A stretch of DNA of 63,518 nt, filler included, from Octopus bimaculoides (GCF_001194135.2; 6 parts of 6 records of this genome joined end to end with filler, not necessarily neighbours in it); one strand, 5' to 3'; numbered from the whole stretch's first letter, positions 1 through 13,354 are shown. Notes: generated by a model not told the origin, from the letters alone. Program-made: numbers and translations.

Positions 1-45
<45 letters not shown>

Positions 46-212
46 AATAGATAGATAAATAGAGAGAGAGAGAGAGAGAGACAGAGAGACAGAGAAATGT
101 ATGTATGTGTATATGACTGTGTGTATTCTTGTGCCTGCATGCTTATATGTATATATGTAGATAGACATGTATACTTACACATACACACACACGTACATAC
201 ATACATACATAA

Positions 213-243
<31 letters not shown>

Positions 244-253
244 NNNNNNNNNN

Positions 254-291
<38 letters not shown>

Positions 292-1036
292 GCACACGTA
301 CACGTACATACACGCCCAAATGCACGTGCGAATGTAAAGACATGTATACTGTAATGGAATTAGTATGGCTGTATATATATTCGAAATTATGCACACGCGC
401 ACAAAGACCCCTGTATGCACAGACTCACAGGCACACAGACACACAGACACACAGACACACTCACAGACACTCGCAGTAAATATATATAACTACACATGAA
501 TGAATACACACATCCATGTGTGTGTGTGTGTGTGTGTGTGTTAATGCAACTATATATAACTATATTCACTAGTGCATATGTACCAAATATAATGTATCAC
601 GTGATAGCAGTAACCAATATTACTTTTTCATTCAATATTTTTTTATAAATACGTTTAATATACAACAGACATTAGGATAACATGAGAATTATGATATAGT
701 GTAAGAGGAATATAACGCAACAGAGAAAAGGAGAATATCATTGCTTCGTTCTATCTCGTAGCAGCTAGGCGAGTGCTAAGTCACGTGCTCGTTCCATGCA
801 GCCACATCACAGTCTGTCGTCTGCTTAATGCTCGTCATTTGGTTGCCTTTGCCTCTATCGTCTCTTACGTATGTATGTATGTATGTTTGTATGTATGTAT
901 GTTTGTATGTATGTATGTATGTGTGTATGCATGTGTGTGTGCATGCGTGTATCCGTTTGTGAATGTGTGTGTGTGTATGAGTGTGTGAGGGCGTATGTGT
1001 ATTATTCTGTGGCCGTTTGTATGACTGTGTGATGGT

Positions 1037-1082
<46 letters not shown>

Positions 1083-1307
1083 TTGTGAGTGTGTTTCTGT
1101 GTCTGTGTTTGTATGCGTCTGTGTGTGCGTGAGTTCGTATGAATGCGTGTGAGGTAGTGATTTCATGACTCTGTGTGTGAGTGTATGCATGTATGTATGT
1201 ATGCGTGTGTGTGCATGTGTGTATGTGCTGTAAATGTGTGTGTGAGTGTGTACGTGAATGTCGGAGAGTGCGTGTGAATTTGTGATTGCATGGGTGTGTG
1301 TGCATGG

Positions 1308-1338
<31 letters not shown>

Positions 1339-1556
1339 TGCGTGAGCGTATGTGTGTGTGTGTGTGTGAATGTTTTTGCTAACAGCTTCTCCCGGCCTTG
1401 CTCGCATGCAAGAATGATTTTTGTCAAAGTTAAACGACTAAATTCCTTCCAAATTCTTATACAATGTTTTTGTATTGATGTAAGCTTCTTATGGCAATTA
1501 GCAAGTTTTTCTAATGTAACAATGTTTTCTAATAGTGCTTACTCCATAAACAATAA

Positions 1557-1630
<74 letters not shown>

Positions 1631-1800
1631 GAAATAAATGAAGTAAAAAAAATGTAATCAGCTTCTTTTGTGCTTTTTATGTTACACACACACTCGCACG
1701 CGCGCACACACACACACACACATACACATACACACATAAATGACAAATAAATGGCAGAAAATGGAATGAACGACATTCTTTATATAAACACTGCAATACA
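1..1800. repeat. Compound degenerate microsatellite field: (AT)n, (AG)n, (CA/TG)n, (TATG)n
   Basis: Directly visible; explains the YIYI/HTHT/CVCV ORFs in the track. Confidence 0.95.
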
Positions 1801-2199
1801 TATATACATATATACTCTTCTCTCGCTCTTTTACTTGCTTTCTCATATTGAGTTCTCGCAGTCATGTTGACGCTTGTCCGCTGTCCCTGGTTATAACCAC
1901 TTTATGTACTTGGTGTCACCCAGACTACATTGATCGATACAACACAATCGGATGCACAACATCTCACCCATAAAGTATAATCGCAGGAAGGGCCAAAAAT
2001 ATCATCGTATTGAATAAGCACTACTGCCAAATCTGTCTGCGGTTTCCTTCAATTATTATTATCCTGAAGTAGTTCCAGCAGAAATATGCCCCAACCGTGA
2101 ATGACACTAGTAGCCTCACCTGTGAAACTTGCTTTACTCAACACACTAACTGACATATACCCATTAGTCCCCAAAATTAGGTGTGTATGTAGTCGCCAT

Positions 2200-2366
2200 A
2201 TTTGATCGCTAAATCCACAAGCTTTTTCTATTCTCTCTGTTTATTTCTTCCTCGTGATCCTTTCTGTTGAAGAGCGTAGGTTCGAAATGTAAAAGACTTT
2301 CCCGAGCGTTAAACTAATACACCTCTTTGTTGTTTTTAGACCTCTCTCGTCTTTTGTTTTTCTGCA
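2200..2366 (+). mobile_element. Possible Penelope-like element terminal fragment (degenerate hammerhead-like core)
   Basis: TTGAAGA (2267-2273) ... GAAA (2284-2287) TGTA resembles PLE-end motifs, but the stems are broken. Confidence 0.3.
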
Positions 2367-2378
2367 AATTTCAACTAC

Positions 2379-2423
<45 letters not shown>

Positions 2424-2697
2424 TTGGCCTGCTCCCCTAGCCAGCGTGATGACATCATTCGAAAGCTAAAATAATGCAAAGCGTATTGTGGTCAGCGACG
2501 TATAACTACATATGTCAGTCTGGTGGATCACGTGATAATATGTATGTACGTATGTATGTATGCATGTTTGTATGTATGTATGTATGTATGTATGCATGCA
2601 TGTATGTATGTATGTATGTATGTATGCATGTATGTATGTGTGTATGTGGAAGTGCTGAATGTGAGAATCAGTGTTCACACAAAGAAATATACATAAA

Positions 2698-3080
2698 GGC
2701 TCCGACATGGCTGTGTGGGGTAAGAAGCTTGCTTCCCAACCACATGGTTCAGGGTTCAGTCCCACTGCGTGGCACCTTGGGCAAGTCTCTTCTACTATAG
2801 TCTCGGGCTGACTGAAACGTTGTTAGTGGATTTCGTAGACGGAAACTGATTGAAGCGTGCCTTATATATCTGTGTGTTTTTGTCTGTGTTTGTTCCCACC
2901 ACCGCTTGACAACCGGTGTTGGTGTGCTTACGTCCCCGTAACTTAGCGGCTCAGCATAGAAGACCAACAAAATAAGTATCACGCTTTAAAAAAGGACTGG
3001 CGTCGATTCGTTCGACTAAAATTCTCCAAGGCGATGCCCCAGCATGACCGCAGTTAAATGATCGAAGCAGGTAAAAGATA
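2698..3080 (+). mobile_element. tRNA-derived SINE, family B (my label)
   Basis: Head TGGCTGTGTGGGTAAG...GGGTTCAGTCCC, CORE-like CACCTTGGGCAAGT, internal (TG) tract, tail GTAAAAGA; homologous to more than 10 other copies in the window. Confidence 0.85.
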
Positions 3081-4574
3081 ATCGATATAACAAACCGAGG
3101 ACAATCAATCGAATATACGCCTCCGCAACCACCGTTAGTGCACGGAAAATTGAGAATTCACAAGTCAAAAATTTAGAAAAATAGTTTGTTATATTCCCTT
3201 AATAAATCTAACAAGAACTTGTTGTCTTGTAATCGCTTTCTACCGCCGTTGCCATGGTAAACTATACAATCATTTCATTTAATACTGTTAGGATTTGCTG
3301 ACGACATATTATTCATATTTTTCATGAAGTAATCACAAAATGGTAATAAATTTCTACATTTGTCTCTATTAGAATTGTTTCTAATAGTCTTAACGCCATC
3401 CTTTCGAAAACTTCTAGCTGACATATTCACATTGCTTCCTCATGTCACTTCTGTTTTATCTCCGCCACAAACATATATTTCGTCCAATTTTCCCTTACCA
3501 AAACTGCATCATTCTTTAACTCTTAATCTGCTCAAGAGAAAACCCTATTTTTGACCTACAAAACTACGGAGGTCTAAACTAAACAATACCAGTCTGGGAG
3601 GCCCCAAAATTATCTACTATAAAAAGATAAGTCATTTACGCTGGGGGCACAATCAGTAATATTTACTGCATTTTTTACTTACAACACAAATATATTTTTA
3701 TTACAAACGTTCACTACCTCACAAATACTAAACCAGCTGAGCAAACCATCTTCTCTAAATACATTAAAAGCGCTATAACCTATTCAGAACACTGTTTCAG
3801 AAAATTAAATCCGTTCTCTTTGAGCATACAAAAGACAAATTTTGCTGGCGGGGGAATGATTAAGGCAAATTAAGGTTAATTTACGTCATCAATTCTCAAG
3901 AATTTCATTTGAAAAAAGACCCATACACATCAGTATTCATCTTTAGGCATCAAAAAGATTAGAAATACAACAAAAATCTAGAATATTTAGGTCGAATGGA
4001 AAAGGTTCATGGAAAAATGGCGTATGATATGAAATTAACGAAATCTAAAACCTCAGCAAAAAATATTTTCTCAAGCTTCTTCACGATTTGCTGGACTGAC
4101 TCTTTTACTGATGCAATTAAGGAGAAGTTTGGAAATTAATCATGATTTTTTTTGCATTTTAGACATTTTTGAAAATTGAAAATCATCAAATTGGACAGAA
4201 TACAACAGAGAAAAGAATTTTGATTGTTAAATGCTAAAAATTGTCCAGATATTTTATTAACCATCCGATCAATGTTGAGGAAACATTTCTTGAAAACAGC
4301 AGTACCTGTCACCTGGCTATGTTTTAAACTCTCTCAACTTCAACAACAACAACAACTATGCTGACCAACTTTTACTCTCAAGGACGATGCAATAGTACAA
4401 AACGACGATGTAATACTTGCAATGTAATGGTTTCAACCAAGGTAAAACAAAGCAAATCAGATATTACTCACTTTGCCCCATTTACTCATTTTGTTCCCCA
4501 CTATTTATATTCGTTTGTAAAATCAATTACACTTTGTGAGTGTCATATGTGGACGAATGATTAGATTATCCCCA

Positions 4575-4700
4575 GAGATCGACTGGCAGAACCGGTAGAG
4601 CATCGGGTAAATGCCTGCGGTATTTGTTCCGGGTTTTTTCCCCCCTTCTGAGTTGAAATCCTGCCGAGGTCACCTTTGCCTTTAATCTTCCGGACAACAT
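4575..4700 (+). mobile_element. Degenerate SINE family A fragment
   Basis: CTGGCAGAACCGGTAGAGCATCGGG...TTCTGAGTTGAAATCCTGCCGAGGTCACCTTTGCC matches the family A copies. Confidence 0.6.
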
Positions 4701-4736
4701 AGTGGCATAAAACTTCTAGAATGGATTCTAAACCCA

Positions 4737-4737
<1 letters not shown>

Positions 4738-4822
<85 letters not shown>

Positions 4823-4830
4823 TCCCTCCC
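4738..4830. repeat. (CT)n microsatellite
   Basis: Directly visible. Confidence 0.95.
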
Positions 4831-6240
4831 TCTTTCTCCAAACTTTCTGCTCTGCATTGTCGGAAGCACATGGAGTAACTTCCGTGTACCATTTCCACTT
4901 AAACAATTATATCCACTCTCTTACTTAGTAATACCCTGGTAGAGCTTCCCCCACGATGGTAATGACCGGTATTAACAATGTTCGAACGTAAAACGATAAT
5001 ATATGTGTGTACTAGTGGGGAATATTTAATCAACCATACTACCTCTGCATCCGGTCTGCTATCAGCAGCCCATTAAGGAATCACCTAATGAGAAATAGTT
5101 AGCAGATCTAACTCAAGTCATACCCTACCATCTTAATAAAAAGGAGGATAATGTCACGCAGAGAACAAGGTTGGATGGACATGGACAGATTGTTTTTGTT
5201 CTTAAAAGTTTTCCCTTAAGGTTGACTTAGAGGTCAACAGCTTTCTTCGTTTTTTCAGTTAATACTTTACGCAATAAATCACTTTCTTTTATGTGATAAG
5301 AATTGGTAAGAATTGGCAAGACTCTCTAGAGAGCTGAACAATAGAAGGTCTTCAGCGAACAAATCCCCTTTGGGTAAGTGTTTTGGCCCTTAACATCTTA
5401 CACTCTAACAGGGCTGGGCAGCATCCAAGTCATGACCCCTGAGTGTCCTTCTGCTGACACTTTTTAGCCACTTGGATATCTGTGACTTGTGCATTTAAAC
5501 TGCTTAGAGATTTCATCCAGTTAGAACTGTTGTCATTAGCTCAGCTTTATATTGGTCAACTCGAGAAAATAATAACTTCAATAAAATCCGCCAATATTTT
5601 CAAGTATAGATGCTCTCTGTGTGTTGCTGTAACTGTGAATTAATTTCAGATAACATAAATTTTCCATTCTTTTTCAGAAACTTCAAATTTCTATTTAATT
5701 TTATTCTTCGAGATAAAAGAGATGAAATAGCAAAGCTGTTTTTTGTTTCTTTTTCCTTCTACAGACTTTTATTTTATTTTGACGATTGTCTTAAAAACAT
5801 TATTTCCCGTTTCCGGTTAATAGATTTCTCTCTGAATTTATTCCTGTTTTACGTTTTTCATTTCGTAATATCCTCAGATTTCGAGTGTCTTTGTTGTGTC
5901 AATGTTGTTGTTGTTGTTGTTGATGGTGATTTGTTTTATATCGATCTGATTATCATTATAATCTTCGTAGTTATTCCTACCAACAAACTACCTCAAACAC
6001 CAACATCAACATCAACAACACCAGCAACAGCAAAATCCTCAACACAATCATCATCACCATTACCATCGTTATCATAAACATCATCATAACCATTATCATC
6101 AATGCTGTGTAATAGTTTCATTATTATTGTCGCTTTATTACTACTCAAAATTGTTGGCTGGCCTGCTGATGTTACCTCATCTAGGCCCCAAGGGCTAATA
6201 CAAAATTAACATCATCATCATCATCATTATTATTTTCTTA

Positions 6241-6452
6241 AGGCGACGAGCTGACAGAATCGTTAGCACACCACGCGAAATGCTTGGCGGTATTTCGTCT
6301 GCCGCTACATTCTGAGTTCGAACTCCGCCGAGGTCGACTTTGCCTCTCATCGTTTCAGGCTCGATAAATTAATTACCAATAAAATACTGAGGTCGATGTA
6401 ATCGACTATCCCCCTCCCCCAAATTTTAGGCCTTGTGCCTATAGTAGAAAGG
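6241..6452 (+). mobile_element. tRNA-derived SINE, family A, with (ATT)n tail
   Basis: A-box-like CTGACAGAATCG and B-box GAGTTCGAACTCC; body shared with the other A copies; (ATT)n at 6453-6476. Confidence 0.9.
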
Positions 6453-6479
6453 ATTATTATTATTATTATTATTATTTCG

Positions 6480-6690
6480 GTTTGGCTCAGATTCGGTCTT
6501 ATTCCTGATATGAATTACATGGATAGCGGGTTACTACCTGTAACCTTAGGTAGCCACAAGTTTTCAACAGTCTTCCAAGTGATGCGCTTAGAACCTTCCT
6601 CATAATCTTTGCTGTCCCTAAGAGACAAACGTTTTGTAGGGTCTCTACCAGGCATTTTATCTCAATGTAAATTTTCTGCAGGAGCTCTAC
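6480..6690 (-). mobile_element. R4/Dong-clade non-LTR retrotransposon, ORF C-terminus and 3' UTR remnant
   Basis: Minus strand 6639-6583 translates LQNVCLLGTAKIMRKVLSA, matching the R4-clade C-terminal motif LQKxxLLGTARILRKVL. Confidence 0.7.
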
Positions 6691-6773
6691 AGAAAATTTG
6701 CATAGAAATAGTTTAATAAGAGTTTAATAGGTTAATGATAATAAATTATTATTATTATTATTATTATTATACC

Positions 6774-6996
6774 ACTCTGGCTACAATCGAACCCACATAT
6801 CAACGCTAACATGACTCCTTGCGCATCCGATTGAGCCAGAACACTCACCCATAAATTTCAGCCAAATTTTATGTATTAGACAGTTTAGCATCTATACATA
6901 AAATTTGGTTGAAATTTACGGGTGAGTGTTCTGGCTCAATCGGAAGTGCAAGGTGCCCTGTTAGCGTTGATGCGTGAGTTCGATTCTAGCCTGAGT
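6774..6996. repeat. 223 bp palindrome with ~105 bp arms, each carrying tRNA-like A/B boxes
   Basis: 6779-6876 is the reverse complement of 6894-6991 with about 11 mismatches; loop 6881-6890. Confidence 0.9.
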
Positions 6997-7199
6997 TAGC
7001 TCATGATTTTTCCGTCAATTGTTTAGATAAATGTCGCTTTAATCGGAGTATATATATTACTATTAGGATATATTATTATATAGTTGTTATTGTATAGAAA
7101 AAACTGTCGTAGTCGCTTTTTCTCCGTAACTTATCAAGCCTCCATGTTTGTTTACAAATATTATATGTAGCATATACGTATATGTGTTTGTGTGCATGT

Positions 7200-7335
7200 A
7201 TGTGTATTTGACGTGTTTCTTTCACTTTCCATTTACCAAATCTACTCACAAGGCTTTGGTCAGCTCAAGGTTATAGTAGAAGAAACCTGCCTAAGGTGCC
7301 ATGTAGTTGAAAAGCAAACTTCTTACCATACAGTT
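7200..7335 (-). mobile_element. SINE family B fragment
   Basis: TACCAAATCTACTCACAAGGCTTTGGTC...CTTCTTACCATACAG. Confidence 0.75.
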
Positions 7336-8290
7336 ACGCATGTGATATTATTGTGTCTTCGTTTGTATTCTGAAGAACCAACTTTGTGCATTCATTCACA
7401 AAACGCTGTACAGCCTCATTTTCATCACTGCAAACCCTGCACTTGTCACTTTCTGCTGAATCGTCATTCCTGCATTTGGTATAATTTTTCTTAAGTGCTT
7501 GTTCCTGCGCAGCACAGGTAAGCACTTCTATCTCTGGCTTCAAGTCATCTGTGTTCTTACATCTTTCGAAAACTGTCTGTGCATATTTTTTTACTATTCC
7601 ATTTTCTTTCTTTCGTCTTCCTTAGTCGTATTTGTTTTTGTTTGCACTCCGTGCAAATATTTACCCTGGCTATAACAGATATTCTCAGTTTAACCAACAA
7701 AGGTTCTATGTGACTAACAATATGCCACCACAAGCAATTTTCCTTCGTGGACATTCGAGGTCTGACTAAAAATATCGGGATCTGGTGCTATAAAAAGAAA
7801 ACCACAACACGTAACAATTCAGCATTTAATCTCCTTCGAAGCCAAAAACTTTATCCAACGTTGTTTCCACTGACGGAAGCATTCCTGGAACGTCTTTTGG
7901 GGGGACTAATGAATCGCATTCTCTTGGATTTTCTCAAAGTCTTGAAATCTTGCTGGAATCTTCGAGTGCAAAGACTGAGCTTTGGTATTGCGATCATAGC
8001 CATAGACCCACGATTCGCCACCTGTTATGGCCGTTTTCAAGACGTTTTCGTCTTCCTTGACATAATCAAGGAGCTCCTACGCAGCTGAAACCCAATCGTT
8101 TGGAACCGACCAGTATCAAAGATTCTATAATGAGACTGACAGTCAAAAGCATTGGGGACCTCATTGTATACAACTCGTGACGGGACCGACGCATTCAGCA
8201 TCCACAAACTGGAACTCTGCTTAGATAACCTATCCACGCTTACCATACATATAACAAGATTGTAGTCTGAGGCCAACTGCTTTAAATAGC
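7334..8290 (-). mobile_element. R4/Dong-clade non-LTR retrotransposon remnant (RT fragment and CCHC zinc-knuckle region), heavily mutated
   Basis: MKPEIEVLTCAAQEQAL...KCRVCSDENEAVQRFVNEC followed by frameshifted EYKRRHN resembles R4 ETESLICAAQEQAL...CRLC...ETVQHIISEC...EYKRRHD; NAFDCQSHYRIF resembles KAFDSVPHSWIL. Confidence 0.7.
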
Positions 8291-9088
8291 GAACAACCCA
8301 TTCCGCCCCCTAACTTAACGAAAGTTTTATCTCTTATACGACCTTGTTGATTTGTAGAGTGTAACTTGTCCATAGTTTTACAGAAGAGATTGTCTAAATA
8401 TTAATTTTTGAAAATACAATTTTTATAAAGAGCACACTTTAATAACAAAATGCCTTTATTCAATAACCAAATCTGTGTCATTCTTTAGTATTCTGTGAGT
8501 ATTTCATCATCATTCTAGTCATTCGCTATTATTTTGTCTGTTATTAACACCCTAGTGTATTCTTTTGTATCATGTGATCCATCAGCTAAAATCACATAGA
8601 TATTTGGTTTGTTGTTTCCAGAGACAAGTGAAAGTTCGTATGGTTACTATAGAACTTTTCTTTAAAATATTTTGATATGCTATCGGCAAGATACAGAAAT
8701 ACAAAACGGTGTGGTGTAGGGAAAATATTCGGCCATTCTACAATGTCTACGATTTTACTGTTTCTTATTAGTCATAATTTCTTAGTCACAAGATTTCTAA
8801 CTGTTAAGACGGTTTGGGGGTCCTTTCTCAAGAACGTTCGTAATTGAGTTTTTGATTAAGTTTAAACACAACCAATTCATTTATACAATCACAACACCTC
8901 ATTTGTTTCCGTATAGGTTTCCCTAATAAGTGCAGAGCCTTCTGCAAAAGCAACCAACTTTGCCAGCCGCTTGCTTTATATTCTCACTCTGATTATCCGT
9001 ATTTCTCATAAAATTCCATCGCATGACTCTGAAGCAACAAAACTATCGATTTCCGTTAGTTCAATATTTCACCACTAATAAGTTCTAT

Positions 9089-9160
<72 letters not shown>

Positions 9161-9734
9161 CCGCTAACTCAATATCTATCTATTTCCTGCTCTGCCTCCC
9201 TCTTACTCTTCCTTTCTTTCTCTTTTTCAACTCGTCTTCTGACATATAATTGGAGCAGGGATTGTTCTTTGCGCTCAGAGCACAAAACAAAACAGCGCCT
9301 TGTGTTAATAAATGAACTTTCAAAACTTCTTTTTTCTTTTCGATTTTTCTCATCTCACAGTTTTCTAATCAATTTTATTCACATCAACTGTCGTTAGGAA
9401 ACTCACAAAAACATCTTTCTCAACGATGTAGTATTAGACTGAATAATGAAATCATAAACTTCAGGGATAGCAGCTGATTATTACTAGAATATTTCTCCTT
9501 TCAGAATTGATATAATTTCATTAAAAAATACAGTGGCACAAAAGAGGGTTATTTTAAGAAAGGAACTAGAAAACATCGTAGACCTTTCTATTTATGTCGT
9601 TCGAGCATGCAGATTTCTGTATATCTAGGATGAAACAGCTTAAATGATGAAACAGCTTAAATGATGAAACATATTCGGATTAATTACCTTCCGAAATTAA
9701 GGATAATCTTGATGCATTCTTTGTTTAACATTAA

Positions 9735-10132
9735 TCTTTTACTGGTTTCACTCATTAGATTGTGGTCATGCTGGGGCATCGCCTAGAAGAATTTTAGTCA
9801 AATGAATTGAAACCAGATTATTACATTTTTTAGCCCGTTACTTATTCTATTGTCTTTTGCCGAACCACTAAGTTACGGAGACATAAACATAACAACGCTG
9901 ACTTTTAAGCGGCAGTGGAAGATAAACACACCCACACCCACACACACACACACACACACACGCACACACATACATACATACATACAGATATTTGATGGGA
10001 TTCTTTCAGTTTCCGTATACAAAATCCACCGACGAGGTTGGTCCGAAACTATAGTAAAAAACATCTGCCCGTGGGACTGAACCCAGAACCATGTGGTTGG
10101 GAAGCTTCTTACCACACAGCCACTCTTGCGCC
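9735..10132 (-). mobile_element. SINE family B, near full length
   Basis: Reverse complement of the copy at 2698-3080, with an internal (CA)n. Confidence 0.85.
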
Positions 10133-10978
10133 TAGACATCCTTAATCAGTTAGGTTGACTAAAGCTTCGTTGAACACCTGAAGGAAACTGTTTTCTATGA
10201 AGATTAAATCGTCTTGAAATGTTTTAACACAACGCGATCAAAAAACATCCTATCGTTCAATATTTTGTGCAAACAACGCAACAGAAAAATTGATTTTCGA
10301 TTTTTTTCTAAAATAAAAATTATCACGAAGATCGACATTTATATTCAAACATGACATAAAATTAGCATAATAAACAGGAAAACTAATGAACTAATTAAGA
10401 ATTTCTATGAATAAAGATGAACGAATATTAACACAAATATAAAAACGGCTTGTAATGTTTCCGAAATAGAAGAATATTTTCTAAACGCAGTGTATGTTGG
10501 AAATATAAATACATTCGAACTTGTTGCGTTTCATGTTTTTATTACTCTAATAATGCACCATTCCGATATAAATATCTATTTCCATTCACTGAATTAAACA
10601 ATAATAGATTTGTTGCTCTTTTGTTAGTTTGGTAAAAATTATGGCTCACATTTTATTTTAGTTAAATTTATTGCTGTATGTCGTTTGTTGTTTTTGATTT
10701 CCTCTCACGGAATGAAAATAACCAATATTGCCGGACGGGATGTTCAGGCATTGAATTTTCATTGAGTGCTTTTAGTTCATTGGTTTCTTTTAAACTTTAC
10801 GGCTCTGCCAACGATGGAGCGTGTTGGCGCTGGTACTGGCGCTGGCGCTGGCGTTGTGTTAGCTCTGGCAGCGATGACGGTGGAGGTGGTAGTAATTGTG
10901 ATGATGACGACGACGACGACGACGACAACGACAGTGACTACGACATCCACGAAGGATTAATAATGATGTTGGTACTGA

Positions 10979-11184
10979 AGACATCGAGCTGGCAGAATCG
11001 TTAGCATGCCGGACAAAATATTAAACGACATATCGTCCGTCTTTACGTTCTGAGTTCAAATTCCGCCGAGGCTAACTTTATCCTTTCGAAGTCGATAAAA
11101 ATAAGTACCAGTCGAATACGTGGGTCAATGTAACCGACTTATTCCTCCCCCAAACTTGCTGGCCTCGTGCCATAGTTTGAAACC
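10979..11184 (+). mobile_element. SINE family A
   Basis: CGAGCTGGCAGAATCGTTAGC...GAGTTCAAATTCCGCCGAGG...; ATT-rich tail. Confidence 0.9.
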
Positions 11185-11569
11185 ACTAACATTACTGCTA
11201 GTTATTATTATTATTGTTATTATTATTATTATTATCATAGTGTGACAGAACAGCGCTTGTCCATCAAAGTGACACTGGGGTACAAGTAGCCGAAGCCCAA
11301 TATACCCATCAGAGCTACTTGTCTGATAAGGGTACACCAGACACATGAGTTACAACCGTATGTGTGTGACATGGGGATCTCATATCAAGATTAACAGCGC
11401 ATGACCTTGAAGGTGGGGCCCCAATAAGAATTTTCTTCAGGTTGAGTAGCCCATCCCGCTCAAAAGGTACCTGAATAAGGGTTCTTTAGGGATGTTGAAC
11501 GAAACACCTATGGTTTGTGTTTGTGTGATTGTGAGTCTGAATATCTATGTACTCATGTATATATACGAT

Positions 11570-11725
11570 GGGCTTCTTTAAGTCTCCATCTACCAAATCC
11601 CCTCACAAGTGTTTGGTCGGCCCGAGGCTATAGACATTTGCCCAAGGTAAAACAAAGTGGAACTGAACCCGGAAACATGATGTTGGGATGGATGTTTCTT
11701 ACCACACAGCCACAGCTGCGCCTTT
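11570..11725 (-). mobile_element. SINE family B 5' half
   Basis: GGGCTTCTTT...CTACCAAATCC...CTTACCACACAGCC. Confidence 0.75.
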
Positions 11726-12006
11726 GCTTACCGTGAGAAATACGTTGAATGGATTGACCTGAGAATATAACGACCACAGATGTTTGTTAGGTGAGTGTAA
11801 CGTCGTAAAAGCTCTTTCGAACAAAGAACTTTCTGCTCCACTTCATCATTATTCATTGCATTATCGGCGCCAGTTATTTAGTTCACAGCATGAAACAAGT
11901 GCTATGGGTTAAATCAATATCCAAGTGCAGGCAAGTTTTATATGTCAGAAATGTTTTCTTTAGCCCCACGGAAACCAGACCGTGTTGTAATATTACTGTA
12001 TTCATA

Positions 12007-12220
12007 GGGCGGCGAGCTGGCAGAAACGTTAGCACGTCGGGCGAAATTCTTAGCTGTATATCGTCTGTCTTTACGTTTTCGGTTCAAATACCGCCGAGGC
12101 CGACTTTGCCTTTCATCCTTTCGGGGTCGATAAATTAAATACCAGCTACGTACTGGGGAAGATCTAATCGGTTGACCCCTCCCCAAAAATGTTGGGCCTT
12201 GTGCCTAGAGTAGAAAAGGA
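12007..12220 (+). mobile_element. SINE family A with 16-bp target-site duplication
   Basis: TATTACTGTATTCATA at 11991-12006 and 12221-12236. Confidence 0.95.
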
Positions 12221-12432
12221 TATTACTGTATTCATAAGATAATTTTGTGATTGATAGACCCAACCACTATATTAGTAGATAATGTAAGTTCAGTACCTGA
12301 GCAGCTTCGACGACTGATTCATGCCCATAGACGCGACATAAGACAATGTGGTTTATACCTATTAAATATTTTGAATCAATAGACTCAAGTAGATCTAAGA
12401 AAATAGTGTCACCCGCATCAAAACTAACAAAG

Positions 12433-12474
<42 letters not shown>

Positions 12475-12610
12475 TATATATTGTATGTAATATATAATAT
12501 ATTGTGAAATTAATTTAAATTAATTTTAAACTATTACATTTTAAACTGTCATATTTATTATCATTATATATTTATACTTATACATATTTACATATATTTT
12601 TATATATAGC

Positions 12611-13001
12611 CTTTACTCTTTTACTTGTTTCGGTTATTTGACTGCGGCCATGCTGGAGGACCGCCTTTAGTCGAGCGAATCGACGCCAGGACTTATTCTT
12701 TGGAAGCCTAGTACTTATTCTATTGGTCTCTTTTGCCGAACCGTTAAGTTACGGGGACGTAAACACACCAGCATCGGTTGTCAAGCGATGTTGCGGGGAG
12801 AAACACAGCCACACAAATACACACAGACATAGATATACATACGACGGGTTCTTTCAGTTTCTACCAAATCCATCTCACATGGACTTGGTCGGCCCGGGGC
12901 TATAGTAGAAGACACTTGCCCAAGGTGTCACGCAGTAGGATGAGAACCCGGAACCATGTGGTTGGTAAGCAAACTACTTACCACACAACCACTCCTGCGC
13001 C
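12611..13001 (-). mobile_element. SINE family B, full length
   Basis: From the CTTTACTCTTTTACTTGTTTC tail to the CCACTCCTGCGCC head. Confidence 0.9.
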
Positions 13002-13354
13002 TATATATTTACATTTTTAATACAATAATTATTCTACACATGTATATATCTTTCTGAAGAATTTTTCTGATATTAATTTCCTCGTATTATTTCACAATAT
13101 ATTATAAAATATATATATATAATATATATTAAATGTATAGATACTTTAATAGTATTAACACTTTGATACAAAAGAACACTCACTGTAGATTCAGTATATA
13201 ATATTCCTATAGAAAATATTTAACTAAAGATTTATATAAATAAATAAATATATATATATATATCATATATTCGCGCATGCGCATTGTTTATTTTGTTTTT
13301 GTAGCCTAAACAGTATTGTAGGGTCAGTTGGGCACCGTCTGTGACAAAAACAGT

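Noticed and set aside
3248-3261. RFX X-box-like GTTGCCATGGTAAA
   Set aside because: One mismatch in the second half-site and no supported gene start nearby.
6920-7000. Functional tRNA-Asn gene; likewise tRNA calls for the SINE heads
   Set aside because: A and B boxes are present, but the acceptor and anticodon stems do not pair.
10766-10960. GC-rich ORF-like stretch (GAGTGAGAG...TTTTT)
   Set aside because: Degenerate GCTG/GAC/GAT repeats directly upstream of a SINE; low complexity.
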